Source: Felis catus (taxonomy: Eukaryota). From it: a stretch of 64,000 nt of DNA. The notes under the pieces were generated by a model. That model made no database searches, had not been told where the DNA came from, and saw only the letters and a list, made by a program, of their open reading frames with translations. This document shows, one piece after another, positions 25,299 to 38,077 of the stretch. Location of the stretch: contig NC_058379.1 in the NCBI RefSeq assembly GCF_018350175.1, positions 27,714,001-27,778,000 on the forward strand, read 5' to 3'. Position 1 is the stretch's first letter. The number at the start of each line of letters is the position of its first letter. The position numbers and the translations under genes were made by a program.

Positions 25299-25530
25299 GG
25301 GGTGCCAGGGCAATTAAGTCAGTTAAGCATCTGACTCTTGATTTCGTCTCAGGTCATAATGTCATGGTTCATGAGTTTGAGTCCCATGTTGGACTCTGTG
25401 CTGACAGCACAGATTTTGTTTGGGATTCTTTGTCTACCTTTCTCTCTGCCTCTCCCCAGTGTGTGCGTGCACACGTGCTTGCCCTCTCTCTCTCTCTTTC
25501 AAAAATATATATATAAACATTTAAAAATAT
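25299..25530 (+). mobile_element. Diverged Can-SINE within L1
   Basis: SINE body; near-perfect TSD ATATACT(T/G)CTGAATTCA (25281/25531). Confidence 0.88.
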
Positions 25531-25607
25531 ATATACTGCTGAATTCAGTATGTTGGTGTTTTGTTGAAGATTTTTGCATCAATATTCATAAGGGATATTG
25601 GTCCATA

Positions 25608-25786
25608 ATTTTTTTAATGTGTATTTTTGAGGGGGGGGAGGGGCAGAGAGAAAGGGGGGCAGAAGATCCACAGCAGGCTCTCTGCTGACAGCAGTGAGCC
25701 TGATGCAGGGCTCGAACTCATGAACTGTGAGATCATGACCTGAGCCAAAGTTGGATGCTCAACCGACTAAGCGACCCAGGTGCCCC
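25608..25786 (-). mobile_element. Can-SINE within L1
   Basis: SINE body; TSD GGTC(C/T)ATAATTTT. Confidence 0.88.
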
Positions 25787-26195
25787 GGTCTATAATTTTC
25801 TTTTATGGCTTGGTATCAGGGTAATAATTCCAGCCTTGTAGAATGGGTTAGTAACTGCTCCTTTCTTGTCAATTTTGGGGGACAGTTTGAATATTAATGT
25901 TAACTCCTCTTTGAATATTTGGTAGAATTCACCAGTGAAGCCATCTGGTCCTGGGCCTTTCTTTTTTGAGAGGATTTTGAATAGTGATTCAGTCTCCCTG
26001 CTAGTTACAGGTCTGCTCAGGTTTTGTTTCTTCATGGGTCAGTTTTGGTAGATTGTGTGTTTGTAGGAATTTGTTCATTTAAGTTATACAATTTGTTGGT
26101 GTGCAATTGTTCATAGTACTCTGTTATAATCTTTTTTATTTTAAAATATAAAAGAAAAGGCATATGGAACACAAGAGATGGGTGTTGTTGGGAAT

Positions 26196-26402
26196 TTTTT
26201 TTTTTTAATTTATTTTTGGGACAGAGAGAGACAGAGCATGAACGGGGGAGGGGTAGAGAGGGAGGGAGACACAGAGTCGGAAACAGGCTCCAGGCTCTGA
26301 GCCATCAGCCCAGAGCCTGACGCGGGGCTCGAACTCACGGACCACGAGATCGTGACCTGGCTGAAGTCGGACGCTTAACCGACTGCGCCACCCAGGCGCC
26401 CC
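26196..26402 (-). mobile_element. Young felid Can-SINE
   Basis: CpG-rich SINE body, flanked by the TSD GGGAATTTTTT. Confidence 0.92.
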
Positions 26403-26439
26403 GGGAATTTTTTTTTTACATTTTTCAAGTTTACTTTTT

Positions 26440-26662
26440 AAAATTTTTACTTAAAATTTTTTTTTAATGTTTATTTATTTTTGAGAGAGAGAGAGAGCAA
26501 GCAGGGGAGGGGCAGAGAGAGAGGGAGACACAGAATCCAAAGCAGGCTCCAGGCTCTGAGCTGTGAGCACAGAGCCTGATGCGGGGCTCGAACTCATGAA
26601 CCATGAGATCATGACCTGAGCCGAAGTCAGATGCTTAACCAGCCGAGCCACCCAGGCACCCC
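26440..26662 (-). mobile_element. Can-SINE
   Basis: SINE body; TSD TCAAGTTTA(C/T)TTTT. Confidence 0.92.
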
Positions 26663-26916
26663 TCAAGTTTATTTTTAAGCAACTGAATTTGTAAAATTAA
26701 AATAGCTAAAATGTTCCTTTGTTTTACTTCATTTTTTTTCAGTTTCACTGAGTGTAATTGATAAACTTCTAAGCTGTTTGAAATGTACATTGTAAGGATT
26801 GGATATACAAATATATTGTGAAAACGTTCCTACCTTCTAGTTAATGAACACATCCGTCGTATACTTAACTTTCATGTTTGTGTGTGTACAGGCATCTGTG
26901 TGTATCGTTTGGGTTT

Positions 26917-26947
<31 letters not shown>

Positions 26948-26996
26948 CGTCGTTTGGCTTGGCTGAACTTTGTGTTTCATGGATTCATATCTAGTG

Positions 26997-27025
<29 letters not shown>
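26917..27025. repeat. (TTG)n and (CT)n/poly-T microsatellites
   Basis: Read directly. Confidence 0.9.
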
Positions 27026-27027
<2 letters not shown>

Positions 27028-30000
27028 TACCTAATCTCTTATACTCATCAGTCCACAGATGCACAGATATCCTGAGACAGTAAAAATACTCCCCACAGGC
27101 AGCTAACAAAGGACTGCTAGGAACAGCTAGTCATCTTAAGGCACATGGCATATCAGGGCATTGCTGGAAAATACAGTTCAACCTCTCAGCAGCCCTTGTA
27201 CCCCAAGGGATGTTGCCTGGAGCTTCTGCCTATGGTAGGGTGACCCCCCCAATTGAAATAGCCTGGACTTCTCTAGGCAATCTGGTGAGCTCCCAGGGAG
27301 CCATGTTTGTTCCCTCCCAGGGAAAGATGGATCATGTGAATGGCAAATCATGACTCTGAAAATCCAGGAATTTCACTATGAAGTTTCCTTAAGGAATTTC
27401 AGAGCTAGGTTAACTTTTTTAAAGATCTTGATTTAAGGAGGCCAGGCATCTTGTTTAACAAAGCTGTCAGCTATTCCTGGTTGTAAAAGTGTCTGCAACA
27501 CAAGAGATGGTGAGTGGGCAAGACGATGTGCAGCTGACATCTGGGGATGGATGATGTCCAGCCCCGCCAGGATGTGGACAGCCTGGTGGAGAATGTGAAC
27601 CCAGACTTCAGTGCGCCTGGGTACTGGGAACGTTTGCACAGCCAGCAGATCAGGCGGGGTGGGCCTCCTTCCCATACTGCAGAGCCGATATCAAATGTTT
27701 AGGAGACTGGGGAAAACATCAGCCTACCAAGAGTGAATTGTAAAATGCCAGAAATAGGCATATCCACACTTTTCTTAGCTTGTTTTCTGGACAGAAAGCC
27801 CGCTTCTGGCAATGTTGTGGGGTGCCGATCCACTCTTCCTGCCTCAGGGAATTCCTGTTCTGTGGAAGTTTAGCCCCGGGATCCATTTTCTACATCTCCT
27901 GTCTTCCCTCTTTCATCAACTTTTTGTCATTTTCTGCTGCTTTGGAAGGACTGCCCCGAGTATGCTTTCTGCTACCTCACTCTGCGGATTTGCTGCCGTG
28001 TCCTGTCTGCTGTTGTTTGTTTAAAATCTCCATTGGGTCATCATTTCAGATTGCTCCTTTTCATTATGGTGTGTTCCCAATTCATCAGTTCAACACTCTC
28101 TTTGACCTTTTGAGGACATGTGTCAGCTATTCCCTAATACTTGTGCTAATAAATATGCTAAATGTAATATAGTGAAAAGCAACTCTTTTCAGGTCCTTCA
28201 AAGGCAGTAGGATTTGCCCCAGGGTGCTGGTGTGCTGTAGGCAGTTCTGTGCTGACTGGGTGCTTCTGTCCGGGGTCTGTGGCCCGGCCACCCTCACCTG
28301 CTACAGAGAGATGTCGGTGTGGACCGGAGACTGGGGCCATTTGCAGACTGTGGTGCCACAGACAGGCCTGGCTTCAGAGGTCTGAATGGGGCGCAGCAGC
28401 CTTGCAGTGTTCTGGACAGTAACGGGGTCTGTGTAGGATGCTGACCCTTAGCATGAGCCACAATGGCTAAAGAGTGCTAGTCCTACTTTCCCCTCCCCCA
28501 GTTAGGACCTGTCAGGACTTTCAGGCTACCCACCACCCATTTTCCGGTGGGGCAGGTGAGGCCCCACAGAGCAGCTATAGTGAGCTCAGCAGCCACCACA
28601 CAGCATAGGTGGGTGTAAATGTGCCTGTGGGTGTATCGTGCATCCTTGGTGGGGGGGGGGGTGTGTTCATGCTTCTGTGGGTGGCTGCTCACATGTGCCT
28701 GCAGGTGAGTTTTAGGAGGCCCCCAAACTGTCAGCTGCCTTCTGCAGTGTTCCCACCTCCTTTGGGCAGGGGTAGGACACACAGACAAGTCCAGCCCCTA
28801 GCAGGCTCTCTTGGTATGTGTGGGTGGGTAGGGGAGCCAGAGAGGACGTGCAGGGCCTGAAGTCTGTGCTGGGGCTGGTGGAGTGGAGCCCCCTGCCCTT
28901 TCCCACTGGGTCATTTGCATATAAAAGGCGGGAGTTTGCTGCTGGCTGGAGGTTGGTGGTGTCTGGACCTGTTGCCATGGGCACTCCCTAGCTTCAGGAG
29001 CAGCTGAGCTGGCTCCCAGCCTGGAGAGGGGGTTAGGAGCAGCAAGGCTGGTAGCCAGCTACGTTTCTGGGAGGGAAGGGATGTTCCTGGGGGCCCCAGG
29101 AGAGGCCTGAGCTGGCCATGGTCAAATGCTTGTTGACCCTGGGCAGAAACAGACTAGAGAGGACTTGGCCCTTTGATGCTGTGGGGCCAGGAGCAAGGCT
29201 GGAAGGGCCTGGAACCTCCCTCTGCAGGGCGTGCTCTACTCTTTCACCCACACTCACCTCTGAACCATCTAGAACCAGGTGGCCATGGCTGAAGCCATCC
29301 TCTCGGGTCTTCCTGGAGGGTCTTCCTGCCACCTTGGTGTTTGTTGGTCCTGTCCCAGGCACTGTACTGGAAAGGCCCGGCAGAGTCTCCCTGCTAGGGT
29401 CTCCAGTGTTCCTAATGAGGGAATAAATGAGGGACCAACTTTTGCACACATCTCACTCTTCCCCTGGAACCTCCTTTAGGAGGCTGAGGAGGATCCTGCT
29501 AAGCCCAGGCCCCAGCAACAAGGATAGTGAGAACCTGGGCTGGGCTTTATTGGGAGCCCCCCTCTCTATAGGCCCCACCACCCCCATCCCTCCCAGGGCT
29601 GTGGAGAAAACTGACCTGCTATTGCTAATGATTGTCCAGTGCAGGCACATTGGTGCCCGCAAGCAGCTAGCAGGAATGTGACGGGGAAACCAGACAGGGA
29701 GGGAGAGGTGGGGGTGGAGGGGGTGCTTATTGACTCAGTGGACACTGCCATGTCAGGGTTGGTCCCTTGGCAGCCTCTCTGGGACCCGTGTAGAGCTGCC
29801 CACAAAGGGATTGATCTCTCCTGGGGCCAGCTCTACCCCCAGCTGCTGCCCCAGGGCCATGATCCCCCACCCCAGTGGCTTAGTTAGCAAAGCTGCAGTG
29901 GGTCAGATTGAGGTTGCTTGGGGAGGGCTGCCGGGCAGGGTGCCCAGCATGCAGGGGCACTGCCAAGTGCCTGGTCAGCAGCCGTCAGGGTGGCAAGGAC

Positions 30001-33000
30001 CTACAGGCTGGGGTGGGGAGGGTTTCCACTGCTGGGAGCCTGGTAGGGTGAACCTCCCTCTCTGTGGGATGGGGCCCTGACAAGGCAGCCTCCTCACTGG
30101 AGTGTGGGCAGGAGTGCTCTGTGCTGGGTCCCTGTCACCAGGCCCACATTGCCCTCAAGGCCTCATTTCCCCTACCCTAGAGCAAACTATGTTATAGCCA
30201 GTTTCCCTCTTACACAAGTCTGTCCTGAGGTTGTTTCTGCAGCAGGCCTGCGCTAGGCCACAGAACTGGGCCAGTTGCATTCTCCCCGGGCCAGCAGGCA
30301 AAGATAGGCACCCCCTATAGGAGGGGAAGCCAGGTGAGAGAAGCGAGGGACCATGAGCTGGGATGCCATGCGCAGCCCCCTCAGCAGACCTGCTGCCAGA
30401 CTTGCTGTCATCTGACTTGTCTGCCCACCAAGCACTTCCCGTGCCCAGTCCCCATTGGGTCTTGAGCCTGGTTTCCCATCAGGCAGGAGTTTCCCCATAG
30501 CCACTTATCTAGGCAGAATGTGTTCCTTGTCAAAATGATGAGGAAGACATGGAAAATCCCCCAGACTCTAGCAGAGAGCTGTGGGGCTTATCCCAAGAAC
30601 CCTTCTGTGGGCAGCTGGGGCAGGTGGCACTGTGGTGGGGGGTTTCATTCCAGCTGCTAATCACCAGGCTCTCCCATACTAGCTTCCTTGGCTCTGCAAC
30701 GCAAGAGGGGGATAGCTGGGCTGAGGGGCCCTGCCTCACCACACCCCCCCCAAAGGCTTATTGGCCACAGGCTCCTGGGGGCTGCACCTCCACTGCCCCT
30801 CAAAGGGGCTTTGTGCCACCACAAAGAGGCTCTGTCCCTCACAGAGAAGCCTGGGTGTTGCCATGGTGATAGAGGGGGCCAGGAAGAAGGGGGTCCACCA
30901 TCTTGTGGGGGGGCGGGGAAGGGCGTTCCTGGTATACACAGGCTGGTAGCCAGTGTGGGTGACTGCTGTATCTGCTTCACTGTAGCCCTTGACCTGGCTG
31001 GACAGCTGCCCAGCTATACCTCGGTGGGGCTATCAGGATATTTCATGGGCCCCTTGGCCCCTCAGTAGGGACTGGGCTCCCAGGCTCTGGTGCCAATCGG
31101 ATCTGTCTGCATTTGGTCCCAGCCTAGCCATGAGCCTCAGCCCCCTCCTCAGGAATGCCTTGGTCTTTTGCACACCCCAGAGTGTGGTAGGGTGGCACTC
31201 TGAGCCTGAACCCTCATCACTGCCCCAGCGTGCTGCTCTGCTGTCCTTGAGATAGAGTGTGTGTTGGGGAGGGTGTGAGTATGAGTCTCTGCTGGAAGAG
31301 ATGGGGGAGCCACTCAAGTTCCCTTGGTGGCATTGGTGTTGGAAGCAGCTAACTAGCCAGCTTCCACACAGTAGGATACCCTGGCGCTTGACCATTCCAT
31401 TGGCCCCCGCCCAGTTTCCCCATTCATGACCAACGTGGAGTGGGTGGCTACTGGTGCAAGCAGAGAGGGCAGTGGGACTGCCAGTCCCCACCCTCTCCAT
31501 TTGGAGCCCCATGGCTCCCCAGCCCTGGGGACTTGGGCCCTTGGGGTGCTCCTGGACTGGCTGTAACAGAGACCCCAGAGGAGGTGGATCCTTGCTGCCC
31601 ATACCCACACTTGGAACCTGCAGGGCATCACCCTTGGGCTATGGCTGCAGCTGGAATCTGGGTCAGGTACAGGAGGGACAGCAAGGGGACTTCCCTGAAT
31701 GCCAGCCTGGGGCCTGGGGGAGAGCTATCCATCTCCATTCCATGAGTTCTGACAGGCACTTCCCAGGGAACCAAGGAGACTTGGGGTGTGCCATAGCTGG
31801 CACATGGAGCAAGTATCTGAGACCTGCCCCAGTGGGAATCTCAGGCCACCCCTTTAGGTGCCTCTCATGGTGGCCCCTTGTGCTCAGGCCTCCCACCGAG
31901 GAAAAGCAGCTGGGATATTCACCTGCCTCTCCCTGCACTAGCATCCAGGTGAGGCCTGCCTCTGCCATGTCCAGCCCACAGTCACCCAGTCACTCCTAGT
32001 CCCAGGCTCTCAGCTCCCAGACTTCAAGCTCTCTGGGCCCTTACAGGTATCCCTGCCTGATGTGTCCCTGAGCCTCCTGCATCAAGTACTGCCATAGCCC
32101 CCTTGTCCTTTTGACTACCTGCTCAGCATCCCCCTTGTCCTGGAGCTAAGCAGTGCTGCCTTGGACCTGGCCTGCACTTGGCCTAGGGTGCCCCATTGGC
32201 ACAGGGGAAGAGCCCTCCTTCCCCAGACTGTTCTCCCTGCACATGTGAGTTGTCCTCCATATGATCATCAGATGGGTGCTGCTGGGTGCCTGTGTGGATA
32301 GCCTGGGGGCAGGAGGTCACTAAGGGGCCATCTCTCCAACCCTCACCCCCACCATGGCATCTGGTCACTTGCAACAGGGGTACCTCCTCTGCTGGGGAAA
32401 TCTAATTTCCAGGCTAAATCCAATTATGGCTCTATCAGCTCCCTGAAAATCCCTCTGCTTCCCTTGGTCTGCAAGGGGTACTGCTCAGGCCCCTGGGGAG
32501 CTGAATTCCCAGGCTTCCTTGTTCACTTGCCGGCCTGCTAGGGCAGGTGGCTGCTTTTCCATCTCTTCCTTACCTTCAACTATAGCAGTAACTCGGGTCC
32601 TCACAGAGCACTGGCAACACTGGTGGGTACAGAACTTTGCCACCCAGAGTGCCCCAGCGACCTGAAAGGCCTTTCCTTCCAGTCTTTTCTCAGGGTGCGT
32701 GCACGCTTGATGGTGTCCACGTTCATTGCTCTGCATCTTATAACTCTGGCCACATCCCTTGTTTATAGCCTTTACTCACTTGGAGTTGAGGTTTTGGTTT
32801 TTCCTTATTGACTTGCAAGAGTACCTTATAGATGAAGGGTGTCACTTTACTGCTGGATGTTACAAAGACCTAATCCTAAGGTGTTGATTGTCTTTTGGGT
32901 GTCTTTATATTTTTTCTCCCACTTTCTGTTATGGAAGGTTGTAAATGCACAGAGATAGAGGGGCTAATGTGACATGTCCCCACGTGCCCCTCACCAGCTT

Positions 33001-34039
33001 CCACTGTGATGAAGTCAAGGTCTAGAAGCAAGTTATCATCTGTCTTTTGTCTGAAATGCTCACTGCATATGTTACTGTAAATGGTGTCAGCTTTAAAAAC
33101 CAAAACCAAAAAACCATAACCACAATACGTGGCCCTTTTTTTGGGGAAGGGGGGATGTACAGTAATGGTTCGTTTTCACAAAGTCAAGCTGGTTTGTCTT
33201 TCCTTGGCAATTTCTTCCACTGCTTTGAGGTTAAGAATAGCCTCCTCCTGCCCAGACAGCCCAGGCCCTACACTGACTTGGGAGCAACACTGTAGTCCTG
33301 GGTGGGACAGGCAGACATGGACTCCGCCCTGTGTGAACCCCACGGCCCAGGCTCCAGCTTTGGCTCAGTGCCCATCCTTGTGTGCTGGCCAGAAGCTATC
33401 CCCGCAGCTGTGGGTACCATCTGACCACAGTAGGGGTGACAGGGTAAAAATGGGCTCCCCATGAGGCCTGGCCAGCAGTGTTGGGAGCAAGTCTCCATGC
33501 TGGCAGTGTTGAGGGTAGGGGAAATGATGCCCTCCCAGGCAAAGGGGCTTTGACACTACCAGGCCTGGATTCTGCTTCTGCTTGCACCATTTCCTCCCTA
33601 TCTGGGAGGGGGGGGCAAGTGGGGCAGAATGAGGTTCAACCAGTGGCCAGTCCCCTCTCTCCCCTCTTGGGGGACAGCTGGCAGTGTGCCGACAGATGGC
33701 CGGCAAGGGGTCGGGACTGGCGCCCAGGCCTCCTGCCTGCCTCCCCCTGCCGTCCTGACCCTTAGGAAATTCCTCTAATTCCTCAACCCAGATTGGACTC
33801 AGGCCCCATAATTTGATTTTCTGGAGCAGGGTTTGGCTGGACTCCTTATGAGGAGGAATGTCTGGGTCAGCAGGAAGACATCAAATGTGGGTTTAGGTTT
33901 CCGGGGAATGATCAGCATCTCCCCGTAGTTCCTCTAATCGTGCCTTTGCTTTCCTGATGGAGCAAGTGCTAGCCACAGTCGTGTCCCAGAGTGTTCAGGG
34001 TCCAGGCTCCCTCTACCCAGTAGTGTTTCAGAGCCTTGT

Positions 34040-34320
34040 TCTTACCTACCTGCCTACCCATTCATCCACCCATCTGACTATCTACCCACCCACCCCTTGT
34101 ACCCATTCATCCACCATCTGACTGTCAACCCCCCGATGACCTTGTACCCATTCACCTGCCTATCTGACTGTCCAGCCATCTCTCCATCCACTGCCATCCT
34201 TTTACACAGCCACCCACTCACCCTCCTATCCACACATTTGTTCACTCATTCATGCATTTCTCCTTCCGTCCAGCCTCCTGTCCTTCCATCCCTCTATCCA
34301 CTCAGCAGTCCACCCACCTG
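34040..34320. repeat. Degenerate (CCAT/CCAC)n low-complexity tract
   Basis: Recurrent TACCCATTCATCCACC / CATCTGACT units. Confidence 0.75.
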
Positions 34321-34746
34321 TGGTCACTCCTGGAGTGTCCAGGTGAGGGCAGGCTTTCCCCAGGTTCACCACCTTCACTCCTGCCCGGGACAGGTGAGGT
34401 TGGCTCTGCACTGCATGCTCATTCCTGTCTTCTTGCTAAGTCAACTCCACAGGTGGTTGGGCATGCTGAGAAGCAGCCTCCACCAAAGACTGCCAAACCA
34501 GCGGTGGGGGTCTGGGTGGGGATTGTGAGGGGTTGACCTGATGGACAGTGTGGGACCCTTGCCAGGTGAATAGAAGCTGTGATGACACTGGCCAGAGAGG
34601 AGAGCAAGGGTAAGCTGAGACCCCACAAGTGTGGTGCTTCCCTGCCTGCCCTAGGCCCTCCCAGTCTGGTGCCCACCCCTCCCCAGGATTGGGCCCTGCC
34701 CTGACACCCCTCTGGGGAAAATGTCTTTAAAGTCTCATGGTCCATT

Positions 34747-34971
34747 GGGGCGCCTGGGTGGCTCAGTAAGTTTAGTGTCAGACTCGGTGTCAGCTCAGGT
34801 TATGATCTCATAGTTCATGGGTTTGAGCCCCGTGTCTGGCTCTGCACTGCCAGTGCAGAGCCTGATTGGGATTCTCTCTCTCTGCCTCTCCCCCTGTGCT
34901 CACTTGCTTGCTCGCTCTCTCCCTCTCTCTGTCTCTCAAAATGTAAGTATATAAACTAAAAAGTATATTTA
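34747..34971 (+). mobile_element. Can-SINE
   Basis: GGGGCGCCTGGGTGGCTCAG head, CT-rich stretch, A-rich tail. Confidence 0.9.
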
Positions 34972-34989
34972 AAAATCTCATAGTTGATC

Positions 34990-35198
34990 TTTTTTTTATT
35001 TCTTAACATTTATTTATTTTGGCAGGGGGCACAGCATGAGTGGGGGAGGGGCAGAGAGAGAGGAGAGAGAATCCTAGGCAGGCTCCATGCTGTCAGCACA
35101 AAGCTGATGTAGGACTCAAACTCATGAAACCATGAGATCATGACCTGAGCCAAGATCAAGAGTCAGATGCTTAACTGACTGAGCCACCCAGGTGCCCC
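34990..35198 (-). mobile_element. Can-SINE (tail-to-tail with the preceding copy)
   Basis: T-tail, GA-rich stretch, CTGAGCCACCCAGGTGCCCC. Confidence 0.9.
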
Positions 35199-37867
35199 AG
35201 TCTCATGGTCAATCTTAAAAATTCATGTACAATTTGCTTCCATGTCATCACATATTTATTGTTTTAATATAAAAATAGCATTTGAGTTACCATCCGAAAA
35301 GCTGCTCTCTGGGATGCTGGCCTGGCTCACCTGTACCTACACGTGTTCCTATGCACAGGCCATGCACCTCAGACCCAGGAAGGCCACCATGTCACAAAAG
35401 TAGGCTTAGGTCTTCCCTGCTTCCTGGATGTCCCCCGCCAGCACCATGCCTCTTGGATACCCCAGGGCTACACTTAAGGCAGGTGAGGAGGGGACTCCAT
35501 GCCCAGCATCCCTGCCCACAGGCAGACAGAGGGGTACACCCTCGGGCTGGGGTGGAGGGCATGGGCCCCAGAGCAGGGGCTCTGCTCTTTGTGGATGGCT
35601 GCAGGGCACTCTTCCTCCAAGCTGGCTGGCATTTCGGGGTGTCTCCTGGGAGGCACACAGTCATTTAGCTCCAGCTGAGAGAACTGGGCAATGGAAAGGT
35701 CAGTGTGGGTTTGGCCACCTTCTCACCATAGTCTTAGATTTCTGGGTCCTAGCTGGGTGGGTGGGGCAGTCAAAGTAAGTAGATCCCCCTTGCAGGGACT
35801 CCTTGGACCTCAGAGTTGGGATATGCTGGAGGGCCGGGGCAGGAAAGCTGGAGGCCAGTGCTGCCCCCTCAGCTGCTATCCCCAGGGTCTGTAGCCCTAG
35901 CCTGGTCCTGCTGGGAGCAGGAAAGGGGAGCCTGAGGTCAGTCAGGAACCCATGTCTTGGCATAAGGAGGAAGGGAAGTCACCTCCTAGATATGAGGCCC
36001 ATAGATTTCCTGATCATCACCTCCCAGAGCCTTGAGACCCATGCTGCAACCAAGGGCTTGAGTGACCTGGCTCCACCTCCTGTCCCACCTTGTGCTGCCT
36101 TCCAGGGAGGACGACCCCACCCATGCCCACCTGGGGCTACCAGGTTCAGTCTATCCATGCACAAGTCCTAGTGCCTACGTGACACTGCATGGGGCCGTGT
36201 GTGTCTGGGACCCGTGCCTAGGCAGCAGTGGATGTGCACAGAAGGCTGTGTGCCCACAGCCATGGACATACCATGCTTTTTGTCCTCCATTCCCTCTTGG
36301 CCAGAGGACCCAGTCTATAACTCACTCCCCTCATCCCCCCAAGCTCCTCCCCTGCCCCCTTGCCAGCTACTGCCTCTTCTAGCTGGCCATGCTGATTTCA
36401 CTGCCCCTCTGCTAGGTCACACTGGTGGTTTTATTTGCGTGACAGGTGTTGGAGAAATGAAGCTCAGCTTCTGGGACCTATGTTGATCTCTTGCCTTCAA
36501 TGGGCCTTGGTTTCCCCAGCTTCACAGTGGGTTGGACTCTATGATGTCTTTTCACCTCGAGGTACACCCGTGCCCCCCAACCCTGTCCCTTGCTCAGCTG
36601 GTACCAGTGATCAGGCCCAGCACTGACCCCCCCTCCTTTCTAGGATTCTGTTCTTAAAGCTGGCTCCACCTGGGCCAGTGAGCAGCAGAGCTGGCCCTCC
36701 AGGGGTGCTACCCACTGTGCCATGTCTCTAAGCTCAGGCCCTATGTTGTGCAGGGGCACAGGGGCTGGCAGAGTCAGCTTCAACTGGTTGGGGTGGGCCG
36801 GGCCAGGAGGAGGCCCCGAGCAGGACTGGGTACTGCACCACAGTGCCTAGTGGTATGGCTGCATGGCCTGCACCCTGCCTGCTGCCATGCCCCTGGGTCT
36901 GTGCTCCACATGCTTCCCCTGCTTCTTTTTGTTCATGAAAAACAAATATGCTGGGCAGCCAGGGAGCAAGCATCGAGGAAAGTGCTGGCTTGTTGTTGCA
37001 GCTGCCAAGTCCCTGCCACCCCCACCCACCATCCTGCGGCCCTCAGGAACAGCAGTGGGCAGGGCCCCAGGCAGGCCTGACCTTCCCCACAGACTGGGCC
37101 TCAGATGCCTGGGACCCTGCCCTCAACCTCCCTCCAGATCAGGCGTGAGACACATGGGCCACTTCTGGGTGCAGAATCTCAACCAGGCTAAACTTGAATT
37201 TTACTCTGCCATGTGGGTAAATGCCACTCTCGTTCCCAGCCAGTGTGGCTGTGAGTGGAGGCCCGACTGCTGGTGTGTAGACTAGTGTCATCTCCTCACC
37301 TGCCTCAGTATCTGACCCACCAGGAGGCCATGGAATGGCTTCTGTCTCCCTGCCCGCTGGTACAGCAGCTCTGCCACACCAGCTGTGTGGCTGTAGATGG
37401 GTTTCCCAATTTCTTTGGGCCACAGAGCATCTGCCTCAGTGAGGTGGGTCTGTGCTAGCCCCATGAGGTTGGGATGAACTGGAATGTGCTATGGACAGCA
37501 GAGGGCCTGGGAAGTCTGAGAGGTTGTCACACCAGCTCTTCCTACCCTTCCCTTCCCAGAGGACTCTGGGATACCCAGAACCTCAGGTTCTGCTGAACCT
37601 GGCAGGAAGCAGGGGCTCCCGGCTGAGAGCCCTACACTCTGCAGGGAGGGAGCCTGCTGCTTCTGGCCAGCCTCGGATTAACGGCTTTTAATTTAGAATT
37701 TAATCAATGCAGCTTCTCTCTGGAGAGCTGGATGCTCTGGTCTGGGAGTGAGTCCTATGATCTATGTGTGCAGTGGGAAGGGGGCCTATGATGGCCTCTC
37801 TAGGCCTCCACCCCAGCCCCACCTTGACCATGCTCTGCTTTGCCTGCAGCCTGCTGGCATCCTGGTC

Positions 37868-38077
37868 ATGGAGGACTGCAACGTGCACTCAGCTGCCAGC
37901 ATCCTGGCCTCAGTGAAGGAGCAGGAGGCCCGCTTTGAGAGACTGACGCGAGCTCTGGAGCAGGAGAGGCGCCATGTTGCCTTGCAGCTGGAGCGCGCCC
38001 AGCAGCCTGGTGTGGGCAGTGGTGGTGTGGGCAGTGGGCAGCCCCTGCCGATGGCTTGGCAACAGCTGGTCCTGCAG
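37868..38077 (+). CDS. ARVCF: ARVCF exon 3, first coding exon (exon begins 37850); N-terminal coiled coil MEDCNVHSAASILASVKEQEARFERLTRALEQERRHVALQLE...LVLQ
   Basis: Recognisable p120-family N-terminus; acceptor tgcctgcAG|; Kozak gtcATGG; donor CAG|GTAACA; 210 coding nt, phase 0. Confidence 0.97.

Larger units (their letters stand above)
21640..26140 (-). mobile_element. Composite LINE-1 block: old L1 3'UTR + ORF2 fragments, with a younger carnivore/felid L1 3' end at ~24200-24890 and SINEs inserted
   Basis: AT-rich. The - strand translations LSRPVTSRETESLFKILSKKKGPGPDGFTGEFYQIFKEEL (25790-26035) and IILNNERLKAFLL..RQGC (24827-25075) match L1 ORF2p. Confidence 0.9.

Noticed and set aside
25790-26035. 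ORF resembling a reverse-transcriptase region
   Set aside because: A decayed L1 ORF2 fragment, not a host gene or a novel RT system.
27060-27420. Possible processed-pseudogene or LTR-internal fragment
   Set aside because: I could not assign a protein or repeat family by eye; it needs Dfam/BLAST.
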